A stretch of DNA of 55,784 nt from Octopus sinensis (Eukaryota). Positions 1-12,731 of the stretch are shown piece after piece. The notes under the pieces are model-generated. The model had not been told where the DNA came from, did not search any database, and worked only from the letters and a program-made list of their open reading frames with translations. Location of the stretch: positions 1 through 55,784 of the forward strand of contig NW_021833828.1 of the NCBI RefSeq assembly GCF_006345805.1, written 5' to 3'. Position 1 is the first letter of the stretch. Each line of letters opens with the position of its first letter. The translations under genes were made by a program, and so were the position numbers.

Positions 1-76
1 TAACGAAGGCAACCGTCTCGGTGTGGGTTTCTTTTCCTTTCTGTGATTGTAATATTTCTATTCTGTTCTACATAAA

Positions 77-268
77 GACGGCGAACTGGCAGAATCGTTA
101 CTGCCTTTACGTTCTTGGTTCAAATCCCGTCGATATCGACTTTACCTTTCATCCCTCTCGGGGGTCAATGAAATAAGTACCATTTGAGCATTGGGATCGA
201 TGTAATTGACTACCCCCACCACCATCGCCTCTACAACATTTCAGGCCTTGTCCTTATAATAGAAAGGG
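77..268 (+). mobile_element. tRNA-derived SINE (family A), followed by an (ATT)n/(AGT)n tail
   Basis: Head GGCGAACTGGCAGAATCG, B-box GGTTCAAATCCC, conserved body CCTTTCATCCCTCTCGGGGTCAATGAAATAAGTACC shared with more than 15 copies in the window; simple-repeat tail 269-405. Confidence 0.8.
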
Positions 269-325
269 TTATTATTATCATTATTATTATTATTATTATA
301 TTATTATTATTATTATTAGTATTAT

Positions 326-390
<65 letters not shown>

Positions 391-579
391 TCATCATTAT
401 CATTATGATAAATTCGTTACAGCATTGGTCGAAATACCTTGTGGTATTTACTTATATCCTCTCTGTTCTTAGTTCAAATCCTACCCAGGCCCATGTTCGT
501 TCTCATTCTTTCGGGGCCGAAATATAATGTATCATTATAAAGTGTTGTTGTTATGAGAAACTAATCTAAGTTCACAGAA

Positions 580-772
580 CCTTTAACATGCCGGAAGAAA
601 TATTTAGCGGCATTTCGTCCGTCTTTGTGTTATGGCTTCAAATTCCCCCGAGGTCGACTTTGCCTTTCATCCTTCTGGGGTCGATAAAATAAGTACCAGT
701 TAAGCACTGGGGTCGATCTAATCGACTCACCCCACTCCCTGAACTTGCTGGCTTTGTGCCAAAATTTGAAAA
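580..772 (+). mobile_element. SINE family A, 5'-degenerate copy (an older copy lies at ~400-560)
   Basis: GAGGTCGACTTTGCCTTTCATCCTTCTGGGGTCGATAAAATAAGTACCAG body and GTGCCAAAATTTGAAA 3' end. Confidence 0.8.
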
Positions 773-1288
773 AGATAAATAAACTAATCTAAGCCTTTCT
801 TCCAAATTCCTGGCCTTGTGCAGAAATAAGGAACTTTATTTATTTGACAGCGGCAGGTTTATGGAATCGGTAGAGCATCAGGCCAAACGCCAATATCAAA
901 TTCTCTGCTGTTCTTTGCATTCTGTCTTCTGTCCACTAACAACCTACCCGATATATTTCTGCTATTGGCGTAGAATAGTCATTAGTCGTGGTCCAACACT
1001 GTGACACTGTGAGGCGGTGGCACTGTGGCCGAATATACGTTAGTTCGTATGGCGTGAGTTCCCTAAATTCCTTATGGGTGGCCATGTGGATTACAAAAGG
1101 TGTCCGCATGTAGAAGGGTTATGCGGAAATACAGGGAGACATAGTTGTAACTGGGAGGTGTCGGCGGTTGTAATCGGTGGATCGATACACACTTGTCACT
1201 TGCGAGTGTGTGTGTGCATGGATGCAAATCTGTATTTGAATGTCTATATATATGTGAGTGTATAAATGATGATGGCATATATACATAC

Positions 1289-1331
<43 letters not shown>

Positions 1332-1485
1332 AGGGAGTGAAAGAGAGGGAGAGATACGTTGGAAGTCACAGTAAACATTTTCCTTATGAAAATTATTATG
1401 AACTCTACTAAAAGGTATTGAGTCCTGCTTCAGTTTAGGGTTAAATTGCTTTTAAAAATAAATTCACATTACAATAAACATTCAA

Positions 1486-1602
1486 GGCGATTGGGATGAC
1501 GTGGATGAGGAAGGCGCGATCTAGAGAGGAGTGGACAGCTTCTGTGACCAGCGGTGCCAAATGGACGCCCGACGGACTGGTCGGTCAAGGTGATCAAGGT
1601 AA
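1486..1602 (+). mobile_element. Probable 3'-terminal fragment of an RTE-like LINE
   Basis: Translates as ...TWMRKARSREEW..., resembling the W-x3-A-x-(D/S)R-x2-W C-terminal motif of RTE ORFs; ends in short repeats (CAAGGTGATCAAGGTAA) next to (TA)n. Confidence 0.4.
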
Positions 1603-1661
1603 TATATATATATTTACATACATACATATATATACACGTACATTATGTATATAATATTTAT

Positions 1662-2039
1662 AGGCGTGGTTATGTGATATGAAGCTTGCTTCCCAACCAC
1701 GTGGTTCTGGTTCAGTCCCGCTGCGTGGCATCTTGGGCCAGTGTCTTCTACTATAGCCGCGGGTTGATCAAAGCTTTGTGAGTGGATTTGGTAGATGGAA
1801 TCTGAAAGAAGCCCGTCGTATATACATATATGTATGTATTTATGTGTGTGTTTTTGTCCCCGCTACCATCGCTTGACAACCGATGTTGGGGTGTTTCCAT
1901 CCCCGTAACATAGCGGTTCGGCAGAAGAAACCGATAGAATAAGCACCAGGTTCACAAAGAGTAAATCCAGTGGTCGATTCCTTTGACTAAAAGGCGGTGC
2001 TCCAACATGGCCACTCTCAAACGACTGAAACGAGTAAAA
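1662..2039 (+). mobile_element. tRNA-derived SINE (family B, CORE-like) with an internal (TA/TG) linker
   Basis: A-box-like GGCGTGGTTATGTG, B-box GGTTCAGTCCC, TCTTGGGCCAGTGTCTT core-like stretch, 3' end GACTGAAACGAGTAAAA; homologous copies at 10732, 37136 and 37899. Confidence 0.8.
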
Positions 2040-2306
2040 TATATATATAAATGCATATACACAATATGTACAAATGTACATAAATGTATATCAGTGTGTG
2101 TATGTATCTTTGTATGTGTGTGTGTGCGTGCGTATAAATGTATATACATAATAGATACACGGATGTATGTGTTCGCCTTAGTGTGCGTGTATTTCTGTGT
2201 AAATATACCTCTTAAATATATATCCATTTGTATGTGTGCGTATATACATATGTGTGTGTATATATATATATATACACACATACATACATATACATATATA
2301 TATATG

Positions 2307-2366
<60 letters not shown>

Positions 2367-3093
2367 ATATATAATATATATATATATTATATATATATAA
2401 TATATATATATATAATACATATATATATATGTATATATATATATACATATATATGTATATGCATACATTTACATATATACATGTGCGCATATCTATATTG
2501 TGTGCCTGTATGGTTTGCGTCTAAATGTATTTATATAAACACACACACACACACACACACACGCATTTCTTCCTCTCCTTAATATGTAATAACCGCAATA
2601 ATCTCGACTCTGTGGCCGTTGTTATTCCTGCTTCAAAATCTTGAGCTCGACCTTTGCTGACGTAAATCACTTAACTCAGTCCTCCTCCTCCTCCTCCTCC
2701 CCCCCTTTCTCACTTCTCTTACCTGAATGTTGTTTTATATTTAAGTTGTTGTTGCAACTGTTCTTTAATATGTAATCACTGAACAGTTGTCTATATGGAG
2801 GTGTCTATGCCGCCCACCACTACCATCACCACCACCACTACCATCACAACCACAACAACAGTAACAACAACATCAATAACCACTGTTATTCTGTCAATGG
2901 CGACATCTCTCACACCACCGCCACCGGCAACAACAACAACAGCAACAATCGACCCTGAATTAGCAGTTTCAGTGAAAATATGGTGGAATAAATAAGAAAG
3001 AACGGCTGCGGGCTTTGGTTTCACTGTTTCTGTCTGGTTCCCGGTCCCTCAGCGTGTGTGAGTGTGTATGTTTAGTAGCATGGATATGTTTGT

Positions 3094-3151
<58 letters not shown>

Positions 3152-3184
3152 AGTAGCATAGATGTGTGTGTATGTGTCTGTGTG

Positions 3185-3223
<39 letters not shown>

Positions 3224-3366
3224 TATATACATATATCTGTGTGTGTGTGTGTTTGTGTGTGATAATTTCCTTGTTTAACCATGGTTTCATTTGCTGTTTA
3301 TTCCTGCTGCTCTGTCCCAACTCCTACCTACGCAGCCTGGTGTGGGACACAGCCACTGCTCTTTCT

Positions 3367-3422
<56 letters not shown>

Positions 3423-3423
3423 T

Positions 3424-3456
<33 letters not shown>

Positions 3457-4391
3457 TTCTCTCTCACTCTCTCTCTCTTTTTCCTTCCCCCTTCTCCCTT
3501 TACCCATTCATCTTTCTCTCCCTACCCCTCGATTTTCTCCGCCTCCGTCTTTTCTCTGTTTCATACCTCCCCCTTTTCCTCCACCCCTTTTTCTCTCTCT
3601 CTCAAATCATTCTCTATTGACAGAGCTAGATGAGATGTGGAACGTGGGATGCAAAATGTGAGTTTGAGATGTGGGAGGTTGTGTGTTGATTGTAACATAA
3701 AGGTATGTGAGATCTGATACATAATATAGGCAATGTGGGGTGGTGTAAGAAAGGGAGAAATGATATGTGTGGTGTGGGAATGGAAATGCGAATCGTGAAA
3801 TGCGAAACGTGGTGATGTGGGTTGTGAAATGTAGGTTATGAAATGTGGGTTGTGAAATGTGGGTTATGAAATATGAGATATATAGATTGAAGACTCGCAC
3901 TCTGCTATTGTTGCATTGCTAGTTTAACAATATATGCCGAGCTTCTGGTCTTCCATACAATTAGTGACCTCTGACACCGCCCACCCCACTCCTACTTGAA
4001 GCAGTCATACTAACCCTGGACTCTCGACTGGTCATTCAACATCCAGAAATAACAACTAACTCTCCCTAAAATTCCGCCCCCCGTCCGCCATAAAAATCAC
4101 GTAGTTCTAGATAGCATGATAGAGGGGAAATGAAAGGAGATGGTCATGGTTGAAACTCCTAATATGTATACATGTATTTAATATCTCTGTATTTGTGTGT
4201 GTATACATGTGTGCGTGCATATATGTGTGTGTTTGCGCGCGCGCGCGCGCGTGTGTGTGCGTGTGTGTGTTCGGACGAAAAGTACTGAGAACTTAATGAC
4301 GAGTTTATTAATCCATTCAATGATGGCGATTCATTCTGTTGCAGCTGATCTGACTTCTTTGTATATGTTCGTTTAACCAACAATACGTAGA

Positions 4392-4441
<50 letters not shown>

Positions 4442-5176
4442 TGTATGGTTACTTTTAGTGATGTTTAACTTGTCGTCAGAGATGGCATTCCTAAATAGAA
4501 AACGGCGCCTTATGGCCCGTCATTATTCACACAAAGCTAGATGGATTTCCTTTCCTCACGTCATACAGCGAGGAAAACATGTGGTTTAATGTCAAATCAT
4601 GGTAACCTAGACATTCGATAACGAGATCTCAATAACATAAGTACCAAATTGAAATACATGTATAAAAGTTAATAATTAGTGATTAGAAGTGTTGTGTGCT
4701 ACAGCATGGCCACAGTTCAATGAATATGATAAGTACACAGCAATGTTACAAGTTGAGTGTTTAACAGAATAAAACCGCCGAAGGAAGTTTGTTGCGTTGT
4801 TATTAAACATGTGTAGGACACAGAGCAGGCTTAGTGATAATATCTCCGGGAGAGAAAATAACAGTTGAAGGTTAAGAAATGAAGCGTCATGTCCGGCTGC
4901 TTATTATTTTGCCGGAATAATAAGATTATTGGGTAAAAAAAAAATAAGAAAAATTAAAAGAAAAAAAAGTACATCAGCGTCCGCTGTTTATTCATTATCG
5001 CGGTTCATAATCGACATGGTGAATATTCGGTGTTCACAAGGAATGATCAAGAGCAATACCAGGAAATTATTAGAGCCATCTAAATTACCATTCCATTCCA
5101 ACATACTAACAAAAATGTTGACATGATTTTTATGAGTAATTGCTGATTTAAAACCAATTTGATTTTCGACCACGGA

Positions 5177-5255
<79 letters not shown>

Positions 5256-5305
5256 CATTATTATTATCATTATTATTATTATTATTATTATTATCATTAT
5301 TATTA

Positions 5306-5350
<45 letters not shown>

Positions 5351-5372
5351 ATTATTATTATTATTATTATTA

Positions 5373-5427
<55 letters not shown>

Positions 5428-5835
5428 CATTATTATTATCATTATTATTATTATTATTGACTGTCGAATCAATACGGAGTCCAGTTCTATTGGCGTCAAA
5501 CTTATTGGGTATCTCTATCCCAGATCACAGAACTTTTTAAAGAGCTTCAAGTGCTAAAAGTTGTCTTCGGAATACGTGTAGATGTTCTTTCTTGAAAATT
5601 CGAAAGCGAAACAGCTTGTCGGGTTAACTTGTGAGATTTTCTGTGGCAGACGATAATAATCGTAGTAAGTTGTGATGTTATCACATCATTCTTTTATTAA
5701 GAATTGTGGTTCAGGGTGTAGAATAAATGAGGAAGAACGTGATAAACAGACTGAATATTTCCAACCGAAACAAGGAATAGAATAAACTTTAAGACTACCA
5801 GCTTAGACCGAGACTAAAACGAACATAAGTCCACC

Positions 5836-5890
<55 letters not shown>

Positions 5891-5892
<2 letters not shown>

Positions 5893-8849
5893 GGCAAAAA
5901 CGGCAACATTCCCACAAAAAGCCTTCTTGGCAAGAGCGTATTCAACAACAAATTCAACTATTTCGATCTGACATTGAATATTTGAAAAACCTTAAGTTTG
6001 ACAAGACTACCAAACCTACAAAAACCCGAAGCTTAATGAAAAAATATAATATGAAAACTATACCTGATATTGATGCCACCATACAAACCATCAAGCAAAA
6101 GGTATCTGCAAAAGCTGCCCGCATAGCGAGGTATGAAAAGCGTGTTAGATTCCTAAAGGACAACAACATGTTCAAAAATAACCCCAAAAATGTTTACAGG
6201 AAGATAGGAAAAACACCAGTTACTGTAAATTCTGTACCATCAAAAGAAGAAGTGCAGGGATTTTGGAATAAAATTTGAGCAGAAGAAAAAACACACAACG
6301 AAAAGGCCCCCTGGATTGATAGAAAATCTACAGAACTGGACTCCTTAGAAGAGCAAAAGTGGGAGGATGTCAAGGTAGAAGATATAAGATCTGCTCTCAG
6401 GAGGTCAAGCAAATGGAAGTCTCCAGGAAAGGATAAAATTCCTAACTTCTGGTTGAATGCCTTCCCAGAGAGCCATGAACTGCTAACAGAACTTTACAAT
6501 GATGTTTTGCAACACCCTAGTAGGATGCCTCCTTGGTTAGTTAATGGGTTAACATTCCTGCTTCCAAAAAGTGAAGAAACAAATGAACCAAAAAACTATA
6601 GGCCCATAACCTGCTTAACAACTATGTATAAAACGCTAACATCTGTCCTGACGGAATATACCTATAGTTTTTTTAATAGACAGCAGCATATTCCCTAATG
6701 AACAGAAAGGATGTAAACGTGGATCCTATGGTTGTAAAGATCAACTACTCATCAATAAGATGATCTTAGAAGATTGTCACAAACGACACAAAAACTTATC
6801 AATAGCCTGGATAGACTATAAAAAGGCTTTTGATAGCCTACCACATAGCTGGATTAAGAAATGCCTGGAAATGTATAAAATAGCACCTACTCTGCGAAAC
6901 TTTTTGTCTGTAAGTATGATATCATGGAGAACCACACTGACTTTGAACAGTGACAATGAATCTCTAAATGCTGGTGATGTAAAAATTTCATGTGGCATTT
7001 TCCAGGGTGACTCACTATCACCACTCCTCTTTAGTTTAGCCTTAATACCTATCTCAAAATTGCTCAAGGACGCGCAGTACGGATATAAAATGTTTGATAA
7101 AAATATAAATCATCTCATTTACATGGATGATTTAAAGCTCTTTGCAAAAAATGACCAACAACTCAAGGTCTTACTAGCGACTGTTAAACAATTCAGTGAT
7201 GACATCAGAATGCAATTTAGCCTCGATAAATGTGCAAAAGCTACCTTTATCAAAGGAAAAATGACAAAAACATCTAACGTTAACCTTGACCAGCAGATTG
7301 TCATAAAAGAATTAGACCCAGCGGAGAGCTACAAGTGCCTAGGGGTAATTGAAGGGGACGGAATCAGGCATTCAGTGATGAAGGAAAGGATCAGGAGAGA
7401 ATGTTATCGCAGAGTAAGAACAATACTCAAGACAGAGCTGAATGCGAGAAACAGGATCGAAACGATCAATGCTTTAGCCATACCAGTCGTGACTTACAGT
7501 TTCAATATCGTTAACTGGTCAATTACTGAAATATGTAATCTTGACAGAAAAATACGAAAACTGATGACAATGCATAGAATACACCACCCTAAGGCAGATA
7601 CAGAAAAGAGGGAGGCCGTGGACTTTTACAACTGGCAATAACAATGAAGATTGCTACAATTGGCCTAGACACCTACCTGAAAAACTCTGAGGACTGGCTG
7701 TTAAAACTTGTCTCAAAACATGAAAACAAGAAAGCATCATACTCAGTAACAAAACAGGCAAAGGAATATCTAAGTGAATTCCGAATACAACAAATTTCGG
7801 AATTAGACATACAAGAAACAAGCACAGAAAAATCAAAGCGCATGAAAACCCGTGCTAAAACTGCTGCCTTAGATACTCTGATTGATAAATGGCAAGAAAA
7901 ACCTCTCAATGGCAAAAACTCAAAGAGAGCGAATAATGCAGATGTTGACAATGCCCTTACCCATCAATGGCTAATGGCTTTTGGCTTAAAATCTGAAACA
8001 GAAGGGTTTATCTTAGCAGCTCAAGATCAATGCCTACCTACAAGGAACTACCAGGCCAACATATTAAAGAACGGCAGTAGCCCAACATGCCGTGTATGTC
8101 AACAACAAAATGAAACCATTGATCATATTATCTCCAAGTGCAGTCTTCTTGCGCCTACAGAGTATCTCAACAGGCATGATAGAGCTGCACAATATATTCA
8201 CTGGGTAATATGCAAAAACCTGGATTTGCCCCATGAAAAAAACTGGTGGGAACACAAACCACCTCCAGTGCTTGAAAATGACCACATCTCACTCCTCTGG
8301 GACTTCACCATTCAAACTGACATAAAGATAGATGCAAATAGGCCAGACATCATATTGAAAGACTTCAGACAAAAATCATGCCACCTCATTGATATGATTG
8401 TCCCAATCGATATAAACGTATCTGTTAAGATCTACCAAAAACTGAGCAAATATAAAGATCTTGAAATAGAAATCAGCAAAATGTGGAACCTGAAAACTAA
8501 AACAATACCTGTTGTCATAGGTGCCCTGGGAATGATAGCAAAAGGGGCTGATTGCTACCTAACTCAGATACCAGGAAACCCCAAAATAGCAGAAATTCAA
8601 AAGATAGTGCTCATGGGAACTGCTCATATCCTACGCAAAATACTTTCTGTGTAATCTCAAGGTTTAAAACAAACATAATTTTCGTATGTTTTTTTTTAGA
8701 CATTCACTAGTACAACACCAAAAAAAAACCCCAAATATATGGCGCACTAGGCATAAAAACAACATGAACTTCCAACCTGTTGTCTCTTGAGGTCTCTGGG
8801 TGAGACTTGGAGCCAATTTGTACAAATATAACGCAAAAGTCAAACATAG
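5891..8849 (+). mobile_element. 5'-truncated R4/Dong-clade non-LTR retrotransposon (RLE type), family 1
   Basis: Continuous RT-CCHC-RLE homology; flanked by (AAT)n on both sides (5838-5890 and 8850-8863); ~195-nt 3'UTR. Confidence 0.9.
5909..8654 (+). pseudogene. Disrupted RT + zinc knuckle + restriction-like endonuclease ORF
   Basis: Motifs [40 protein letters not shown]-x8-H-x4-C, RHD, NRPDI...LIDM.VP...KLSKYKDL; premature stop at 6276-6278, frameshifts near 6680 and 7600. Confidence 0.92.
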
Positions 8850-8863
8850 AATAATAATAATAA

Positions 8864-9282
8864 TCCTTTTTACTATAGGCACAAGGCCGGAAATTTGGGG
8901 GAGGGGGATAGTCAATTACATCGACCTCAGTGCTTCACTGGTACTTATTTCATCGACCCCGAAAGGATGGAAGGCAAAGTCGACCTCGGCGGAATTTGAA
9001 CTCAGAACTTAGCGACAGACGAAATGCCTATTTCTTTACTACCCACAAGGGGCTAAACACAGAGAGGACAAACAAGGACAGACAAAAGGATTAAGTATGA
9101 CAAACGCACTGGGATCGATATAATTATCGACCCCAGTGCGTAACTGGTACTTATTTAATCAACCGCGAAAGGATGAAAGGCAAAGTCGACCTCGGCAGAA
9201 TTTGAACTCAGAACGTAGCGGCAGACTAAATACCGCTAAGCATTTCGCCCGGCGTGCTAACAGTTCTGCCAGCTCGCCGCTT
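8864..9282 (-). mobile_element. Two fused family-A SINEs (full copy 9027-9282 plus 5'-truncated copy 8864-9027)
   Basis: Two successive bodies (reverse complement of GAGTTCAAATTCCGCCGAGGTCGACTTTGCCTT) with different 3' ends. Confidence 0.85.
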
Positions 9283-9778
9283 TCGTTTTTTTTAATCTAT
9301 GTTTTGTTTTATTCAACATTTTTTCTTGACTATTCCAAAATCACAGAGAGACGTTTTTCTACATGTTTTCCAGCAAGTTTACTTTCTGATTTTGACTTCA
9401 ATAATTAAAACGGAACAATTGTATTGTCTCGACTAAATTAGTTTTGGCAGTCATTGGTAACCTACTAGGTCCCACTGGTCTCTGAAAGCGAGAAGGGAGA
9501 AAGAGAGAGAAAGAGAGAAAGCGTGAGAGAGAGACAGAGAGTGTGTGTGAGACAGAGCAAGGAATAATTGTACATCTTTACAAGTTCATTGTTTCAAACA
9601 TTAAAAGCTTACAGACGGATAAGGGCGACAGGCACGCGTACGTTCACACACGAGCGCACGTCCCCACCCACTCAAATACGTACTCCCCTACACATATACA
9701 GAGATATACTCACATATATCCGACATATTTACACACACACACACATACACACACACATATATATATATACATATATAC

Positions 9779-9818
<40 letters not shown>

Positions 9819-9877
9819 TATATGCATTTATACGTATTTACATATATATCTATACATATACATTCACGTGCATATAA

Positions 9878-9917
<40 letters not shown>

Positions 9918-10045
9918 GTATATGTGTATGGGGTTATATATATGAGGGTGTACATATACACACATATATCACAATATGTATACTCAAGATATGTATGTAT
10001 ATGACCATGTGTGTGTGTGTGTGTGCGCGCGCGCGTGCGTGTCCG

Positions 10046-10098
<53 letters not shown>

Positions 10099-10290
10099 CT
10101 ATGTGTGCGCGCGAAGTACATTTGATATTTCTTTGTTAGTATAAACACTCATTCCAAGTGATCTACAGTATGATGACGATGGACTCTGTGTGTGTGCGTG
10201 TGTGTGTGTGCGTGTGTGTGTGCGTGTGTGTGTGCGTATGTGCGTGTGTGTGTGTGCGTGTGTGTGTGTGCGTGCGTGCATGTGTGTGTG

Positions 10291-10329
<39 letters not shown>

Positions 10330-10672
10330 GTGTGTGTGCGTGTGTGTGTATGTGTGTGCGTGCTTATTATGCGTGTGTACTGGTATAGTTATTATCTGCG
10401 GGAAGATCCTGCTGTGAACAGCAGTGAACTAATGGAAATTTTACAACTTCCGATCTTGTGTCGGTCCTTAGTAAATTGGGAACAATTTTTGGCTGTTGAT
10501 GTTTCGAATATCCACCCTTAATTTTCTTCTACTTATCATCCTCATCATACGTATTTGTATGCGTGCGTGCGTCCCATTCATTTACATCCTAAAATACACA
10601 CATATCTATATACATATATATGTGCGTGTGTATGTGTGTGTATGTATATATATATATATACATATGTATATA

Positions 10673-10722
<50 letters not shown>

Positions 10723-10731
10723 GATACACAC

Positions 10732-10893
10732 ACGATGAGCTACTTTCAGTTTCCGCCCACTAAATCCATTCACAAGGGTTTGGTCGGCCCGAGGATATAG
10801 TAGAAGACATTTGCCCAGGGTGCCACCCAGTGGGACTGAACCCGGAACCATGTTGTTGGGAAGGAAGCCTCTTACTACAGAGCCACGCCTGCG
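10732..10893 (-). mobile_element. SINE family B, 5' half
   Basis: Reverse complement reads GCGCAGGCGTGGCTCTGTAGTAAGAGG...GGTTCAGTCCCACTGGGTGGCACCCTGGGCAAATGTCTTC. Confidence 0.8.
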
Positions 10894-10920
10894 CTTATAT
10901 GTATGTATACACACACACAC

Positions 10921-10951
<31 letters not shown>

Positions 10952-10956
10952 GTATG

Positions 10957-11000
<44 letters not shown>

Positions 11001-11016
11001 CATACATACATATATA

Positions 11017-11096
<80 letters not shown>

Positions 11097-11110
11097 ACAT
11101 ACATATATAT

Positions 11111-11296
11111 ATATCAAAAATGGAGAAGGCTGGTTTATGGGAAGGTTTCCCGGCCATAAAAGGTTTTAGCTTTATGGCGTATCGTCCATGGGCTAACAAG
11201 GTTTTTGGGATCTGAATATACGCCATAAAGCTAAACCCTTTATGGACGAGAAACCTAAAGTAATCCCGTTAACCGGCCTTCCCCATTTTTAATATA
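11111..11296. mobile_element. Fold-back / MITE-like palindromic element in (TA)n
   Basis: ~67-nt imperfect inverted arms 11116-11182 and 11218-11290, inner 18 bp perfect, 35-nt loop, TATAT on both flanks. Confidence 0.7.
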
Positions 11297-11363
11297 TACT
11301 GCTCTACATCTTAGAGTGTGCTTCTTTCGGATTTATGTTTTTTACAAACGATATCTATATATA

Positions 11364-11394
<31 letters not shown>

Positions 11395-11396
<2 letters not shown>

Positions 11397-12680
11397 GTTG
11401 ATAAATAAAAATATATGCATACATACAAACATATATGTGCGTACCTACATCTACATGTATATATACATGCATATATAAATAATTATACGTGAATACAGGA
11501 CACCACAATAAGACGTAGAAACGGGAAAAACAAAAAAGCAAAAAACAAGAAAACGAAAAACGAAAAACAAGAAAACGAAAAAAACAGTTACAGGACGAGC
11601 TACACAAGGAAAAAACCCCGTCATCAGCTGTCGCTAGTGGAGTCAAGCATGTTTCGAAGGCAGAGACAGAACACTAATCCAATAGGTCTTCCTGCGAGAG
11701 AATTAAAATAAAATTCCAAGCAGCGGGGCAAAATGAGTACGAACACGAACAGGACGTAACAATAAAACTGCAAAAATAAAAATACATGTACAAAAAGTAC
11801 AAATAATTACAAAACGAGAAAATAAAAAGAGAATACGATACAGGAAATCAAACACACAAGAGGACGAACGAAAAAGCCTTTTTTTTGGCATAGACAAACA
11901 ATAAAACTGCAAAAATAAAAATACATGTACAAAAAATACAAATAATTACAAAACGAGAAAATAAAAAGAGAATACGATACAGGAAATCAACACACAGAGG
12001 ACGAACGAAAAAGCCTTTTTTGGCAAAGACGAAGGATACTACAGTATCCTTCGTCTTTGCCAAAAAGGCTTGGAGGCAGTCTTTTCAGTAGTAGGAGCCA
12101 CGTGTAAAAGAAATTTTATTTTATAGGCTGGCAGTAAGGAAGAAGGAAGGAGGATGGGGACACGCGGCTGAGAGAGAGAGGAGGAGTGGGAGGGAGAGAG
12201 AGGAGGAGTGGGAGGGAGAGAGAGGAGGAGTGGGAGGGAGAGAGAGTGAAGAGGTTAAAGCAAAGGGAGAGAATTCCGCATCTTAAATATAATAATATAA
12301 AAATAACAGGAACCAAGAGGTGGAACGAAACGACGAATAGGAAAGAACCTGATGCGGGGCGCTAATCCCAAATTGTATTTAATTTGTTTTGCGAGAACTA
12401 CTATTTTATCGAAGGCGTATCTTGCCGTGAAATGCTCGAAATACGGATTAGAAAAAACAGCCGACTACTGATGAAGGGTCGTTCTTTGTGTTGTTTGTCT
12501 TGTTTTCCATTTCTTTCTTTCGTTACTTGCAAAAAAAAAGCCTCATTCCATGTCCTCGTACTTCGTATTTTATGTTGTTTACTTTTTATGACGGCCTGTG
12601 CCCACATATGCATATGTATATACGTATACATGTAAGTATGTACGTATACGTATGTATATATGTATATATATATTATTTAT
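11395..12680. repeat. Unit 1 of a near-identical ~1.3-kb tandem duplication (ORF-less element with inverted diverged arms, internal ~139-bp direct repeat and central hairpin)
   Basis: Matches 12730-14060 except for homopolymer and short-repeat lengths; bounded by (TA)n. Confidence 0.9.

Positions 12681-12729
<49 letters not shown>

Positions 12730-12731
<2 letters not shown>

Noticed and set aside
184-3661. Long ORFs rich in YI, CV, HT, LS and poly-I/L/V (and similar ones across the window)
   Set aside because: Stop-free translations of (TA)n, (CA)n, (CT)n and (ATT)n microsatellites; no domain content
3810-3875. Repeated ~14-bp GAAATGTGGGTTGT units
   Set aside because: Simple minisatellite without unique spacers; not CRISPR-like or telomeric
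4970-5083. Protein-like frame ...VHNRHGEYSVFTRNDQEQYQEIIRAI*
   Set aside because: Short, no convincing splice acceptor, no recognisable homology
10490-10552. Minus-strand ATGATGA-GGAT...ATTC-GAAAC-ATC hammerhead-like string
   Set aside because: C3 mutated, stem I unpaired, long unstructured loop; compatible with chance
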